A stretch of 63,970 nt of DNA, filler included, from Octopus bimaculoides (taxonomy: Eukaryota): the NCBI RefSeq assembly GCF_001194135.2. It is 7 parts of 7 records of this genome, joined end to end, with 100 filler letters (N's around TTAATTAATTAA, not from the genome) between each part and the next. Parts side by side here need not be neighbours in the genome. Positions count along the whole stretch, not along the records: positions 31,895 to 37,102 come from NC_068986.1; positions 37,203 to 41,524 come from NC_068995.1; positions 41,625 to 44,751 come from NW_026367096.1; positions 44,852 to 47,784 come from NC_069007.1; positions 47,885 to 62,756 come from NC_068983.1; 2 more parts are not named here. One strand, 5' to 3'. Of the stretch, positions 35,270-49,300 are shown one piece after another. The position numbers and the translations under genes are program-made. The notes beneath the pieces are model-generated. The model did not search any database. It worked only from the letters and a program-made list of their open reading frames with translations, and was not told the DNA's origin. The first letter of the stretch is position 1, and each line of letters begins with the position of its first letter.

Positions 35270-36915
35270 TGCCGATAGTAATTTAAAAGAAAGGCTAAAA
35301 GTTTGTATTTGCAGAGGAATGAAGGTGAAACTTCACACGAAAAACCTTTTCTGGCTCGTAAAGGTTAGTTTAAAAAGACTAAGAAACGCTTGAATTTGCA
35401 TGACATAAAGATCACTAACGCCGCTGCCAATACTGATGCAGAAGCTGCTGTTAGATACCCTGGGCAACAGAAAAGAAAAAATAGTGATTGCTGAAGGAAG
35501 CTACCCACCAGAGCAACCGTACAGTGTTGAAGAAACCGAAATTTTCCGGAAAAACATTACTGCCAGAATTATTATTTTTCAAGAAGAATAATCAACACTA
35601 GGATTTAAATCTTCGAAAAGTCGTGTGACGTTTCTTCAGAGAAGAAATGCCGTTCGTAAGATGAAATTAAAGTCCTGAAAATCAAAGGGCTCTCATGGGC
35701 TACGAAAGATTTAATCACTGTCTGATTTGGCTTTCACATAAGAAGGCATGGATGAGTAATAACCTCTTCGAAGCGTTATTTACAAATAATTTTTGTTCCT
35801 GCTATACAAAGGTACGATACCATACATAATATTTCCAACAAAACATTACTCCTTTTAGTCAATGGACTAAACCACCCAGTGAACTTAAATGAGTTTTCAT
35901 ATAATGAAAGAGTAGAGTATATTCCCAAGAATAAAATGTTTTTGCTCCAAACAGTGGATCAAAGTGTTATAGCTAACTTCAAGGCATATTATCTGAAAAC
36001 TTTCAAATGTTTATGAAAGCCATTGGAAGGGAGGATAAACCTTCAGTTAAATACTTCTGGAAGTAGTTCAACAAAATGGATGCTATGGGTAACATAGCTA
36101 CGTCACATGAAATGAAACACTCAACGCTGAATGGTACATGGAAAGATATATGGCCAGACTGCATCCATGAATTTACATATTTTGCACAAGCAGGAACATA
36201 AAATCAAAACAATATTGAAACACTTGCAAATGAAGAATTTGCAAAAGTTGTAAAGGATGACGTGGTTGAATTGATAGTGTCCCATGGGCAACAAAGAACT
36301 GATGATGTTAGAACAAGAATAAGTTGAGAATACAGATGAGAATTCTACCAACCCCAATTAAATTTACTGTAACGTGTATTGCTAAAGGTTTAGTACGTAT
36401 AGAGAAAGTTATGCAAGTTTTGCTGATAACCCTAATCGTGAATGGATAAAAATTATAAGAGGTGTTTACAGTGGCCTCAGTTCCTACACTGAGTTGTACA
36501 AAGAAATTATGTGCCATAAACATTCGAAAAACTTTTGATATGTTCTTCACCATTCAACCAGATGTTGATTATGATGAACTATAAGATAGAAGATCGTGCT
36601 ATTCGTTCTGCCAGTTACTCTCATTCCTCTACACAGAAGTCAACATCTTTTGTGGCAAGAAGTACATTATTACAATATTACGATTTTCATTCATTTCCAA
36701 ACATATTTCTCTTCACATGGTTTTATGCCTATATATTGCACTGCATAAGTTTAGAGATTGTCATTTTTATACATAAAAGTAACTGTCTTGTTTGTGATTG
36801 ATGTGATATTTCACTTAGATAATATGAGAACCTATAGAAAATCATTTTTACAATTCGGGCTTCCATATTTCGGGAAAATGTTTAGAAACGCAATATTTAC
36901 AAAATTCAGGGTATT
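35270..36915 (+). mobile_element. Decayed pogo/Tigger transposon
   Basis: KAKSLY...ARKG*FKKTKKRLNLHDIKITNAAANTDAEAAVRYP...GSYPPEQPYSVEETEIFRK...GFKSSKSRVT, matching Tigger ASxGWF..FKKR..LHN.K..GE.ASAD..AA..YP and QVFNADETGLFWK. Many stops and frameshifts. Confidence 0.82.
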
Positions 36916-36926
36916 CATATACATGT

Positions 36927-36984
<58 letters not shown>

Positions 36985-37061
36985 GAAAACATATGCATAT
37001 ATATATATGTATATAACATAAAAGTGTGTGTTTGTGTGTATGCGTGTGTGTGTGTGTGTGT

Positions 37062-37102
<41 letters not shown>

Positions 37103-37254
37103 NNNNNNNNNNNNNNNNNNNNNNNNNNNNNNNNNNNNNNNNNNNNTTAATTAATTAANNNNNNNNNNNNNNNNNNNNNNNNNNNNNNNNNNNNNNNNNN
37201 NNATACATATATATATATATTTACGGAGAGAGGTAGAGAGCGAGAGAGAGAAGG

Positions 37255-37560
37255 CACATGGCTCAGTGGTTAGAACGTCGGGCTCACAGTCATGAGGGAG
37301 TGAATTCAATTCCCAGACCGAGCTGTGTGTTGTGTTCTTGAGCAAGACACTTTATTTCACATTGCTCCATTTCACTCAGCTGTAGAAATGAGTTGCAACG
37401 TAACTGGGACCAAGTTGTATCAACCTTTGCCTTTCTCTTGGATAACGTCGGTGGTGTGGAGAGGGGATCCTGGTATGCATGAGCAACTGCTCGTCTTCTT
37501 TAAGCAACCTTGCTCAGACTCGTGCCTCGGAGGGTAACCTTCTAGGTGCAATACCATGGT
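37255..37560 (+). mobile_element. Family D-related tRNA-derived SINE
   Basis: catggctcagtggttagaacgtcgggctc...gaattcaattcccagaccgagc...cttgagcaagacactttatttcac; similar to 9340. Confidence 0.75.
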
Positions 37561-38028
37561 TATTCAAAACCGACGGCGGGTTATATATATATATATAATA
37601 TAATAAACGAAAGAAAAATAAATCGAATCCTTCAAATGGGTGTAACACATCCAATTCCCTGGTACGGCAGTTGAATACCACAGAAATAGGGGTATAAATA
37701 CAAATTTCGAATAACAAATTAATTAGAGAAATACAATTTACAATCTAACAATTTATTACATTATAATATTACATACTATAAAATATGATATAACATAAAA
37801 TATCATAACCAATTAAAAAAACTTATAAAACCAACAATTTGTTTCGACTTATATACATTATTTGATTTATAAACATTTCATATCTATGTATACAAATCCC
37901 TNNNNNNNNNNNNNNNNNNNNNNNNNNNNNNNNNNNNNNNNNNNNNNNNNNNNNNNNNNNNNNNNNNNNNNNNNNNNNNNNNNNNNNNNNNNNNNNNNNN
38001 NNNNNNNNNNNNNNNNNNNNNNNNNNNN

Positions 38029-38074
<46 letters not shown>

Positions 38075-39467
38075 CAGTGTATCATGAAATAAATACAGGA
38101 GTTACACGTGAAGTACTATAACTTTCACAATCTTCTGGTGCAGGAAGAGGACGGTTTTTAATAGAGTACTGCACACGCTTCCTCAATATTTCTGCACTAT
38201 CCAACCCTGAAAGACGGTCTTCTGTCAGTTTCTGTCTACCAAATCCACTCACAAGGCTTGGGTCGGCCCGAGGCTACAGTAGAAGACCCTTGCCCAAGGT
38301 GCCATGCAGTGGGACTGAACCCAGAACCAAGTGGTTGGGAAGTAAGCTTTTTATTACACAGCCACGCCTGCGCCTATACATGTATAAAATGAAGAATAAA
38401 GAGTTATATTTATGTCATACTTTATTCGCTTACATACGTTGTACCCGACTCAACGGGCTGTTTCCTCTCACCAGCATGGTCTGTGTGCTTAATCGATGAC
38501 TTAATTGATTCATCACCTGATTTATTCAATCCCTATTTAAAAATGTAGAAGCCTCATAGAACGTCTTCTCGCCATCCAAAAGCCCACATATAAGATACAG
38601 CAAATAAATCTAAAATATCGCAGAATCATATTTTGGAAATTCAGGCGAACCATATTTTGTCAATAGAAAGAAGCAACAGCAACACGCAAGAAATGCTTTA
38701 CATATATCATGGATTACGATTGTCCGGTCTTGGACACCGACCTTTGACCAGCACTCTATAATACGCTAAAAATATTCAGACTGTACATTATACTTCATAC
38801 AGCTTACACAGATTTGGGTTGCCTCTGTACAGCACCGACTTAACGAACTAGTAATACTAATGTCCAGTACACAATAGGTATTGTTTCTCACCACAACCTA
38901 TTCGGTACACCAAAATTGCCATTGCATGGGAAATCAACGCCAAAATCATTGTCTAATCTACTACACCCCCAGATTACTATTATATACGAAGGACAAGCAA
39001 CAGTATCAACAACAACAACAACAACAACAACGACATCGACACAACGTCAATACATTACAAATAGAAATAGCCGAAACTAATGGTTAATTAAACCGAGGTT
39101 ACCGTTACATAAATTATCTCAATAAGCCATACTACAGTCAAATACAACGCATTCCAATAGGTATTACTAATCAAGGGAAGTAACTCTCATACACATTTTT
39201 CATTTGCAGTTTTCAAGGGAAATAACTCTCAAACCTTTGTGAGATTATTTCCCTTTAATTTGTAGTAAATAAGCATTTTGTCCACCGATCTGAGGACGAT
39301 GCTGTTCGATGAAACATGTAAAGATAAACCATGTTGAGTGTAGTGAAACACTCTTGATATATTACACTTACTGCGCTGACCAAGTGCTTTCTGCATCTTC
39401 GCAGATCTTAGTGATGGACAGAACAGAGGCGAGCAGAGTGGCTCTACCAGAGTCTGAAGGTTACTCT

Positions 39468-39812
39468 TTTACTCATTGACTTGTTTCAGTCATTTGACTG
39501 CGGCCATGCTGGAGCACCGCCTTTAGTCGAGCAAATAGAACCCATAACTTATTCTTTATAAGCCTAGAACTTATTTTATCGGTCTCTTATCGGTTGTCAA
39601 GCGATTTTGGAGGGATAAAAAACAAACACATAAACATATACACACACATACATACATATATATATACATACATACGACGGGCTTCTTTCAGTTTCCATCT
39701 ACCACATCCACTTATAAGGCTTTGGTCGGCCTGAGGCTATAGTAGAAGACACTTGCCCAAGGTGCCACGTAGTGGGAATGAACCCGGAACCATGTGGTTG
39801 GTAAGCAAGTTA
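39468..39812 (-). mobile_element. SINE family A copy
   Basis: tttcagtcatttgactgcggccatgctggagcaccgcc...ggaaccatgtggttggtaagc. Confidence 0.87.
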
Positions 39813-40569
39813 CTTTATTTCATTTTATTTGTCANNNNNNNNNNNNNNNNNNNNNNNNNNNNNNNNNNNNNNNNNNNNNNNNNNNNNNNNNNNNNNNNNN
39901 NNNNNNNNNNNNNNNNNNNNNNNNNNNNNNNNNNNNNNNNNNNNNNNNNNNNNNNNNNNNNNNNNNNNNNNNNNNNNNNNNNNNNNNNNNNNNNNNNNNN
40001 NNNNNNNNNNNNNNNNNNNNNNNNNNNNNNNNNNNNNNNNNNNNNNNNNNNNNNNNNNNNNNNNNNNNNNNNNNNNNNNNNNNNNNNNNNNNNNNNNNNN
40101 NNNNNNNNNNNNNNNNNNNNNNNNNNNNNNNNNNNNNNNNNNNNNNNNNNNNNNNNNNNNNNNNNNNNNNNNNNNNNNNNNNNNNNNNNNNNNNNNNNNN
40201 NNNNNNNNNNNNNNNNNNNNNNNNNNNNNNNNNNNNNNNNNNNNNNNNNNNNNNNNNNNNNNNNNNNNNNNNNNNNNNNNNNNNNNNNNNNNNNNNNNNN
40301 NNNNNCTCAACACATGGCTATGATGCTCCCCCACTACTTCTGGTCGTGATCAGAGACGCACATATCGTCATCCCCCAAGGGACATGCTCAACTGGTTAAG
40401 GTCAAACAACTGACAAGCAAATATACAGTACTGAGCAGTATATTTGCTGTAGCTCATCTTTTATACAAAGACAAAACAATGTCCATGATAACACTTCCGG
40501 TCAGTTAAGATGAGAAGCCATGAGTGGCACTGCCTGGTACTGCATCAGTGAAATTGCTCAGGATCTGGT

Positions 40570-40960
40570 TCGGACCTTCAGGTGGAAATTAAGAGGATGA
40601 CCAGTCTCACTCCTCAATGGACCGAGAGGATATTATCCTTGAAAGGTCGGGCAGAGGTGGGAGATACGTACAAGGTCTCCCTAATAACTTATCGCCTGGT
40701 CGTTGTACTTTGCTCCAGTCGCAGTTTGGCAAGAGGGATCGTTTACTTTACCGCTTGCTATGGAAAGGACGTTCCACTGGTCAGACTGTCCATCTGTTGC
40801 CATGCCATGGCTGCTAACTCGCAGACACGCACTGCGGCTACGTCACTTTCAGATTTTCCTAGACGGTGATGTGAACCGGTGTGGTCTCCGTTTGTAAGAC
40901 ACGGCTTTCCGCAGCTCATCATTTTGACGTAGCTGCAATAAAGGTTTACAAGAAGACCAA
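40570..40960 (+). mobile_element. L1/Tx1-like LINE relic (region downstream of RT)
   Basis: Frameshifted RILSLKGRAEV..Y...ITYRL / LLYRLLWKGR / PLVRLSICC / MPWLLTRRHALRLRH, matching the L1/Tx1 LS..GR....F.W....GGL pattern. Confidence 0.7.
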
Positions 40961-41415
40961 GATTAAGCACCTGACAACAGAAATGTCAACAGGGGCTCAC
41001 TGCTTTCTATCAGTCGGGCAATTCGATCGGTAGAAGCTCTACGTTAGCTGTATAGTCAGTAAAAGTGGTGGTATTCTCGAGGAAACCTTTGGCGCCTACG
41101 AGAATGACCCACTTGTTCTGTTTCGGAGGGTTTCCAGGTCAGGTTTGTGCCTTTGTTCGTTAGAGTAATCCCGGGTCTGTAAGATTCTTTGATTGGCCCT
41201 CGCTGGAGTTTCTCCGGGATCAGGAGGACTGCTTCATTCATGTTATCTCATGCTTTATATATTACGTATACTTATATCGCATTTCAACGCCTTCTCCATT
41301 TCTTTCTCCTCGACTTCTATGTAAACCCCCCACACAAAAATTGTTGTCTGTCCTTGTGATGTCCCCACCTAATCTTTTCCACAGCCTAATAAAAGAAATC
41401 ACCAGCATCACCAAA

Positions 41416-41485
<70 letters not shown>

Positions 41486-41624
41486 TTAATGTTGCACACA
41501 CCCTTTTGGCAAACTCACGTATTCNNNNNNNNNNNNNNNNNNNNNNNNNNNNNNNNNNNNNNNNNNNNTTAATTAATTAANNNNNNNNNNNNNNNNNNNN
41601 NNNNNNNNNNNNNNNNNNNNNNNN

Positions 41625-41669
<45 letters not shown>

Positions 41670-43139
41670 CAAAGCAGCAAACATTGAAAATATGAGTATG
41701 ATCTTGTTTATCTGTACGTAGGTGTCTGTCTGTCCATCTGTCCATCTATCTATGTCTCTGTCTGTGTGTCTCTCTGTCTGTCTGTCTGCCTGTCCGTCTA
41801 TCTATCTATCTGTCTATCTATCTATCTATAATCTCCTTGTCACATATCCGACTGTTATACACACACACACACACACATGTGCATGCACACACACATACAC
41901 ACACCTCCAAATGCAACTCCTACATAACCACACACACACACACACACACAGACAACCACATACATGCATGCATGCAAACACGCGTAAATACTCTTGCATT
42001 TCCTCAATTACCAACAGACAAAGGCACACACACACACACACACACACACAAAAACACACACACACATGCATATACATTTACATGCAAACACATCACAAAC
42101 ACACACACATATATATACATATATATATATACACACACACACACACTCATACACTTGAGCATCACCACCACCACCACCATCAGTTTCACTTCTCTTAATC
42201 CACCCCTTTGCATCACAAATCCCTCCCTGCCNNNNNNNNNNNNNNNNNNNNNNNNNNNNNNNNNNNNNNNNNNNNNNNNNNNNNNNNNNNNNNNNNNNNN
42301 NNNNNNNNNNNNNNNNNNNNNNNNNNNNNNNNNNNNNNNNNNNNNNNNNNNNNNNNNNNNNNNNNNNNNNNNNNNNNNNNNNNNNNNNNNNNNNNNNNNN
42401 NNNNNNNNNNNNNNNNNNNNNNNNNNNNNNNNNNNNNNNNNNNNNNNNNNNNNNNNNNNNNNNNNNNNNNNNNNNNNNNNNNNNNNNNNNNNNNNNNNNN
42501 NNNNNNNNNNNNNNNNNNNNNNNNNNNNNNNNNNNNNNNNNNNNNNNNNNNNNNNNNNNNNNNNNNNNNNNNNNNNNNNNNNNNNNNNNNNNNNNNNNNN
42601 NNNNNNNNNNNNNNNNNNNNNNNNNNNNNNNNNNNNNNNNNNNNNNNNNNNNNNNNNNNNNNNNNNNNNNNNNNNNNNNNNNNNNNNNNNNNNNNNNNNN
42701 NNNNNNNNNNNNNNNNNNNNNNNNNNNNNNNNNNNNNNNNNNNNNNNNNNNNNNNNNNNNNNNNNNNNNNNNNNNNNNNNNNNNNNNNNNNNNNNNNNNN
42801 NNNNNNNNNNNNNNNNNNNNNNNNNNNNNNNNNNNNNNNNNNNNNNNNNNNNNNNNNNNNNNNNNNNNNNNNNNNNNNNNNNNNNNNNNNNNNNNNNNNN
42901 NNNNNNNNNNNNNNNNNNNNNNNNNNNNNNNNNNNNNNNNNNNNNNNNNNNNNNNNNNNNNNNNNNNNNNNNNNNNNNNNNNNNNNNNNNNNNNNNNNNN
43001 NNNNNNNNNNNNNNNNNNNNNNNNNNNNNNNNNNNNNNNNNNNNNNNNNNNNNNNNNNNNNNNNNNNNNNNNNNNNNNNNNNNNNNNNNNNNNNNNNNNN
43101 NNNNNNNNNNNNNNNNNNNNNNNNNNNNNNNNNNNNNNN

Positions 43140-43177
<38 letters not shown>

Positions 43178-43219
43178 TGTATATATGAATGTACATATAT
43201 GTGTGTGTATATATATATA

Positions 43220-43253
<34 letters not shown>

Positions 43254-43604
43254 TTCTTATTCGTATATATTGATATGTATATATATGTGTGTATATATAT
43301 ATATCCACACACACACCCACACACCCATATGTATGTGTGTGTGTGTGTGTGTGTGTGTAGGTATATAGTGTGTGGAAACTTTTTGAGCACATGTATGCAT
43401 GTTAGAATGAGTGTTTACGTGAAGGAATTCATGCGCACAAGTCTACATGTGTATACACCTGCAAACGTGCCCACATGCATGTGTGTGCATGTGTATGTGT
43501 GTGTTTGCATTTGTTGGCGTGATTTTGTAAAGTCTTTGTCGACGATGCCTGTTGAATATATATATGTATATATATATATATATACTCTCTTTACTTTTTT
43601 GTTC

Positions 43605-44250
43605 TTTTTCTTGTTTCAGACATTTGACTGCAGCCATGCTGGAGCACCACCTTTAGTCAAACAAATCGACCACAGGACTTATTCTTTGTAAGCCTCATAC
43701 TTATTTTACGGGTTTAGTCGAACGAATCGACCTTAGGGCTTACTTTTTAAGCCTAGTACTTATTCTACTGATTTCTTTTGCTGAACCACTAAGTTATGGG
43801 GATGTAAACACACCAACACCACCAGTTGTCATGCAATGGTGGAGGGACAAACACAGACACAAAGACACATTCACAGATATATATACACACACACACACAT
43901 ATATACATATATATATGATGGGCTTCTTTCAGTTTCCATCTCACAAATCCACTCTCAAGCAATAAGCTATAGTAGAAAACACTTGCCCCAGGTGCCACAC
44001 AGTGGGACTGAACCTGGAACGATGTGGTTAGGAAGTAAGCTTCTTACCATACAGCCATGCCTGTGCTTATGTATGTTTATATATATATATATATACAATG
44101 GGCTTCTTTCAGTTTCCATCTACTCAATCCACTCACAAGCTTTTGGTCAGCCTGAGGCTATAGTAGAAGATACTTGCCCAAGATGCCATGTAGTGGGACT
44201 GAACCTGGAACTATGCGGTTGGGATGCAAGCTTCTTACCACACAACCATG
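43605..44250 (-). mobile_element. SINE family A copy with duplicated head segment
   Basis: One tail and body plus two successive gggcttctttcagtttccatc...gtgggactgaacctggaac head segments (about 43915 and 44095). Confidence 0.8.
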
Positions 44251-44456
44251 TGTCTGTATGGTTGCAAGATCTGTAAGAAAGGGCAGTCAAAATCTCCCAC
44301 ATATATCACTTTCCACTGGTTAAAAGGAAGGTCATACATTGTAATGTAGTCCCAGATACACTTTGACAGATGATCATGTAACAGGTGGATCACCGCCAGA
44401 TTGATTATGCTTATAGGATCAGTCAACCAGATCAGTCCTGGGGCTAAACAATGACG

Positions 44457-44490
<34 letters not shown>

Positions 44491-44705
44491 AAACAACAAA
44501 TCTGCCTGTTTGTCTGTCTGTCTGTCCATCCTTCCGCCGCCCCCCTGGCTCCACCTCCTTTACACCCCCTCTCTCTTTACTACAAATACCCCCATCCTAC
44601 CACCACCACCACCACAAACTTCACCTTCTGGAACTATCCAGAAGTTTTGGCAAGGAACCAGTGGTTAATGGAATATTGTCTTTTACTTCTGGTCATCGTT
44701 CCGCT

Positions 44706-44751
<46 letters not shown>

Positions 44752-44911
44752 NNNNNNNNNNNNNNNNNNNNNNNNNNNNNNNNNNNNNNNNNNNNTTAAT
44801 TAATTAANNNNNNNNNNNNNNNNNNNNNNNNNNNNNNNNNNNNNNNNNNNNGGTGTTGTTGTTTAGCCCCAGATCAGTGTCCTGATCCAGCAACATTATA
44901 GTGCACAAGCT

Positions 44912-44979
<68 letters not shown>

Positions 44980-45059
44980 GGTGGTGGTGGTGGTAGTGGT
45001 GGTGGTGGTGTTTAGCTACGAAATTTAACATCAAAGATAGAGCAAACCGCCTCGTCTCA

Positions 45060-46400
45060 CGAAACCCTTTTGTAACCCCTGAAGGACCATAAACGATGAT
45101 TTCACTTAAAATCTAGGCTGTAAGACTAAAAAACCCCCACAAAAAAGCAAAATCGGTATAATCTGCAAAGTTAAACTTAGTTAACATCATGCGACATATC
45201 AGAACCGCGTGACAAATCAGAACCGCCCAGTGGTTTAAGAAAATTAAAGCTAACCCCAAATGTAAGATGCTTCAATTCGACAATCGTGGAGTTTTAGCCC
45301 TTCCAGAGGTACTCAAGTTCAGCAAAACATATACAGCTGTTGCTAACACCGATACAGCTATTAAGTCTAATGACAATAATGAAATCATTGCGTTTTTCCT
45401 TATTGAGTGGGAAAGAATGAAGACGAACATGATGTCACTTTGGTAAGCCATAAATAGACAGAGGTAGCGGATCTGGTTGGCCTCTACATCCCACATATCC
45501 TTAACAATGAAATAAAGGATGCCAGCAGAGGGTTGTATAGGAAGGACGGACTAGGAGTGGCGCATAATGAGAATGGATAAGAAAAAATTTACACAAAATA
45601 TTTGATCATCCCAACTTACAAACTACAATTAGCCCTAATCTTAAAGAGGCTAATTTCCTAGACATTAATATAAATCTTAGTACAGATAAATTTAAACCAT
45701 TACATAAGATAGATGAGAACGCTTCCCACATTGACAGACGCCCTAACTATCTATCATAAATGTTTAAATAATTAGTTAAGAGCATAAGTAGACGTTTTTG
45801 CTAAACTATCCTCTGATGTACCCACTTTCAAAAAGGCAGCCCAGTAATATAAATCTGCATTAGAAAGACCAAGTTTTAAGACCAATATAATCCGGTGTAG
45901 ATGTAGGAAGATTTTGTGGTATAACTCTCCATACAGTATGGACGTGGCTACATATCTACTTCCCATATTTACATACGCATCACAAGATCTTTAATAGAAA
46001 TACGGTTAAAATTAACTGTAGTTGCATCCCCAAGATATGCTTAATGATCTTCAACCACAATAAGGAAAATAGCATTAGGAACACCCTCATAGATCTTGTA
46101 ATTGTAAATCACTCGATAACTGTCTTGTGAACTATATATGCCTCGAAAAAAAGAAATGGTTTACAATGAAAACGTCACTGTTATATACATTAGTATACAT
46201 TTATATGTATCTATATTTACATATGGGTACAGGTTGATGTTCTCGTATAATATAGTCAATCTGTGTCGAACGCAAATTCCAACAAAAAAAAAAACAAAAA
46301 CAAAGCCAATAGAAGGAAGATAACTATTGAAGAGGTCTCTAAATATGTTGCCTCTCTTTATCTACGAATTTAATTTTGAAGACCCGTATAATCTCGTGTA
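45060..46400 (+). mobile_element. Penelope-like retroelement RT relic
   Basis: Ordered decayed motifs LKDHK, QFD(I)VEF, DVT....EVADLVGLY, GLYRKDGLGV (YRDD), NFLDININL, SISRR, KILWYNSPY and RNTVKI. Confidence 0.85.
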
Positions 46401-48435
46401 ATATCATGTAGTCCCATCCTAAATAGGTAACCCATGTTTTTAAGTAGCACACTTAACGAATTGTGAATTTCTTTCCTCGTGAAACCATTGGCAGTGCGGT
46501 TAATCATCAAATACAGAATATTTATCCATCAAATGCAGTGTTGAGCGCATCATATATATATATATANNNNNNNNNNNNNNNNNNNNNNNNNNNNNNNNNN
46601 NNNNNNNNNNNNNNNNNNNNNNNNNNNNNNNNNNNNNNNNNNNNNNNNNNNNNNNNNNNNNNNNNNNNNNNNNNNNNNNNNNNNNNNNNNNNNNNNNNNN
46701 NNNNNNNNNNNNNNNNNNNNNNNNNNNNNNNNNNNNNNNNNNNNNNNNNNNNNNNNNNNNNNNNNNNNNNNNNNNNNNNNNNNNNNNNNNNNNNNNNNNN
46801 NNNNNNNNNNNNNNNNNNNNNNNNNNNNNNNNNNNNNNNNNNNNNNNNNNNNNNNNNNNNNNNNNNNNNNNNNNNNNNNNNNNNNNNNNNNNNNNNNNNN
46901 NNNNNNNNNNNNNNNNNNNNNNNNNNNNNNNNNNNNNNNNNNNNNNNNNNNNNNNNNNNNNNNNNNNNNNNNNNNNNNNNNNNNNNNNNNNNNNNNNNNN
47001 NNNNNNNNNNNNNNNNNNNNNNNNNNNNNNNNNNNNNNNNNNNNNNNNNNNNNNNNNNNNNNNNNNNNNNNNNNNNNNNNNNNNNNNNNNNNNNNNNNNN
47101 NNNNNNNNNNNNNNNNNNNNNNNNNNNNNNNNNNNNNNNNNNNNNNNNNNNNNNNNNNNNNNNNNNNNNNNNNNNNNNNNNNNNNNNNNNNNNNNNNNNN
47201 NNNNNNNATATATACAAAAATATATGCTAATTTATACATACATGTATATGAATACATGAAATTATAAACACACAGCCATAAGAGTACCATATACACATAC
47301 ACATACATTCACAAATTAATATGTATACATTTATTTGTACATATATAGATGTACACCATTATATATAGACACGGTGCATCTCACTCTCTCTGTCATTCTT
47401 CTTCTCTCAATCAGTTCTGTTTAGTTTTGGTTTTCGCAGAAGAAAAACGAAAATATAAAAAGAAACCTTCAACTCTTTTAAAGACAGATACATACATACA
47501 TGCATAAAACTATACGTACGTACGTGCGTGCGTACATACATACATGCATACGTAGATATATACATATGTACGCATGTACATAAATACATACACACACATA
47601 CGTACATATATCATATACATACGTATGTGTTTATGTATATGTACACTCACAAAAACACACAAACATACACACACAAGGTCACATGCATGCATACATGATA
47701 CATAAATACATTGATATATGTGTGTGTGTATGTGGATATATGTATGTGTATATATATATATATATATATATACATATATATATANNNNNNNNNNNNNNNN
47801 NNNNNNNNNNNNNNNNNNNNNNNNNNNNTTAATTAATTAANNNNNNNNNNNNNNNNNNNNNNNNNNNNNNNNNNNNNNNNNNNNAAATCATAACTAGAAA
47901 TATCTAGTTTTTTCAGACAAAAGTCGAAAATTACCTATGCAAAATTATCTGTTATTTTGTTACTTTTTCTGGTATTTATTTTGATTCGTATAAATTCGGA
48001 TTATGATTCCTGCAAGGATCAATACAGCTTTTCTTTTTCCGTTTTTTTTCTCAGTATATATTAACCAGCGATCTGTAAATCGTTTCATTTCCCTGACTTG
48101 TCCTCAGATTTCTACATACCATCTACAGCTGCTCGACACTTTGTAACATTACACACAAACGTGGATCACACAACACTTTGAAAGAAGATAACACCGACCA
48201 TTTCAAAGGATTCACAATGAAACTTGCTGTAACTTTATCGGAGCGCTTTTTTTCCTGTTTATCCTAAACCAACATTCAGTTCACACTTGTTGAAGTTATG
48301 GAACGAATAAGGTAGTAGAAGTGGTGTTCCGCTTTAGGAATCAAATAACTTTCCACTCCTCAAACGGCAACTTAAAAACCATAATTTATGACAAACACTC
48401 GTCACATAATAGCATCTGATCTAGAATGTTCGAAA

Positions 48436-49269
48436 TATGAGGGAAAGTAAAAAAATTGCACGCAATCTTGTCTTTGTAATTTATTCAAACAGAAGCAGGG
48501 GTTGAACAATTACATCATTTTTCGACGTAGTCTCTTTGCTTTTTGATACACTTCTTCAAGTGGTCCACGATCTTGTTTATTTCATCGGAGAATGTTTTCG
48601 GTTGGTCGCGCAGCCGTTTAGGCACCGTTCCTTGCGCTTCTTCGCCCTTAGCAAATCGACGACCTCGTAAAGGATGTTTGAGCGATCCAAAGAGTGGGTA
48701 GTCGGAAGGTGTGAGATCAGAACTATACGCAGGGTGTTCCGGGGTGTTCATTGGTTTCAGTGGTGGGAGCGGCTGTATGTGGGCATGCATTGTTGTGCAA
48801 CAATAACACTTGATTTGACAGTAGACCTCGGCGTTTGGTTCGTTTCAATTGTTAGACAACATTTCACTGTAGCTTACACTAGTGACCATAGACTTCATTC
48901 CCCGGTAATGCTCCAGTATAGGCCTTTTTGCATCCTTAAAATGGTTAGCATCGCTTTCTCTGCGGAGGGTTGAATCTTGAATTTCTTTTTCACTGGCGGT
49001 TCTGGGTATTCCATTCTATCCTCTGCCTTTTGGATACTGGCTGAAAGTTATGGACCCTGGTCTCATCACCTTTCACTATTTTCTACTAAAAAAAATCCCC
49101 CCTTTAGGCGTAGGAGTGGCTGTGTGGTAAGTAGCTTGCTAACGAACCACATGGTTCCGGGTTCAGTCCCACTGCGTGGCACCTTGGGCAAGTGTCTTCT
49201 ACTATAGCCTTGGGCCGACCAAAGCCTTGTGAGTGGATTTGGTAGACGGAAACTGAAAGAAGCCCGTCG

Positions 49270-49300
<31 letters not shown>

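Noticed and set aside
39193-39260. Small hairpin aagggaaataa...ttatttccctt (similar motif near 11188)
   Set aside because: The stem is short and probably a fragment of an unidentified repeat end, too little to call.
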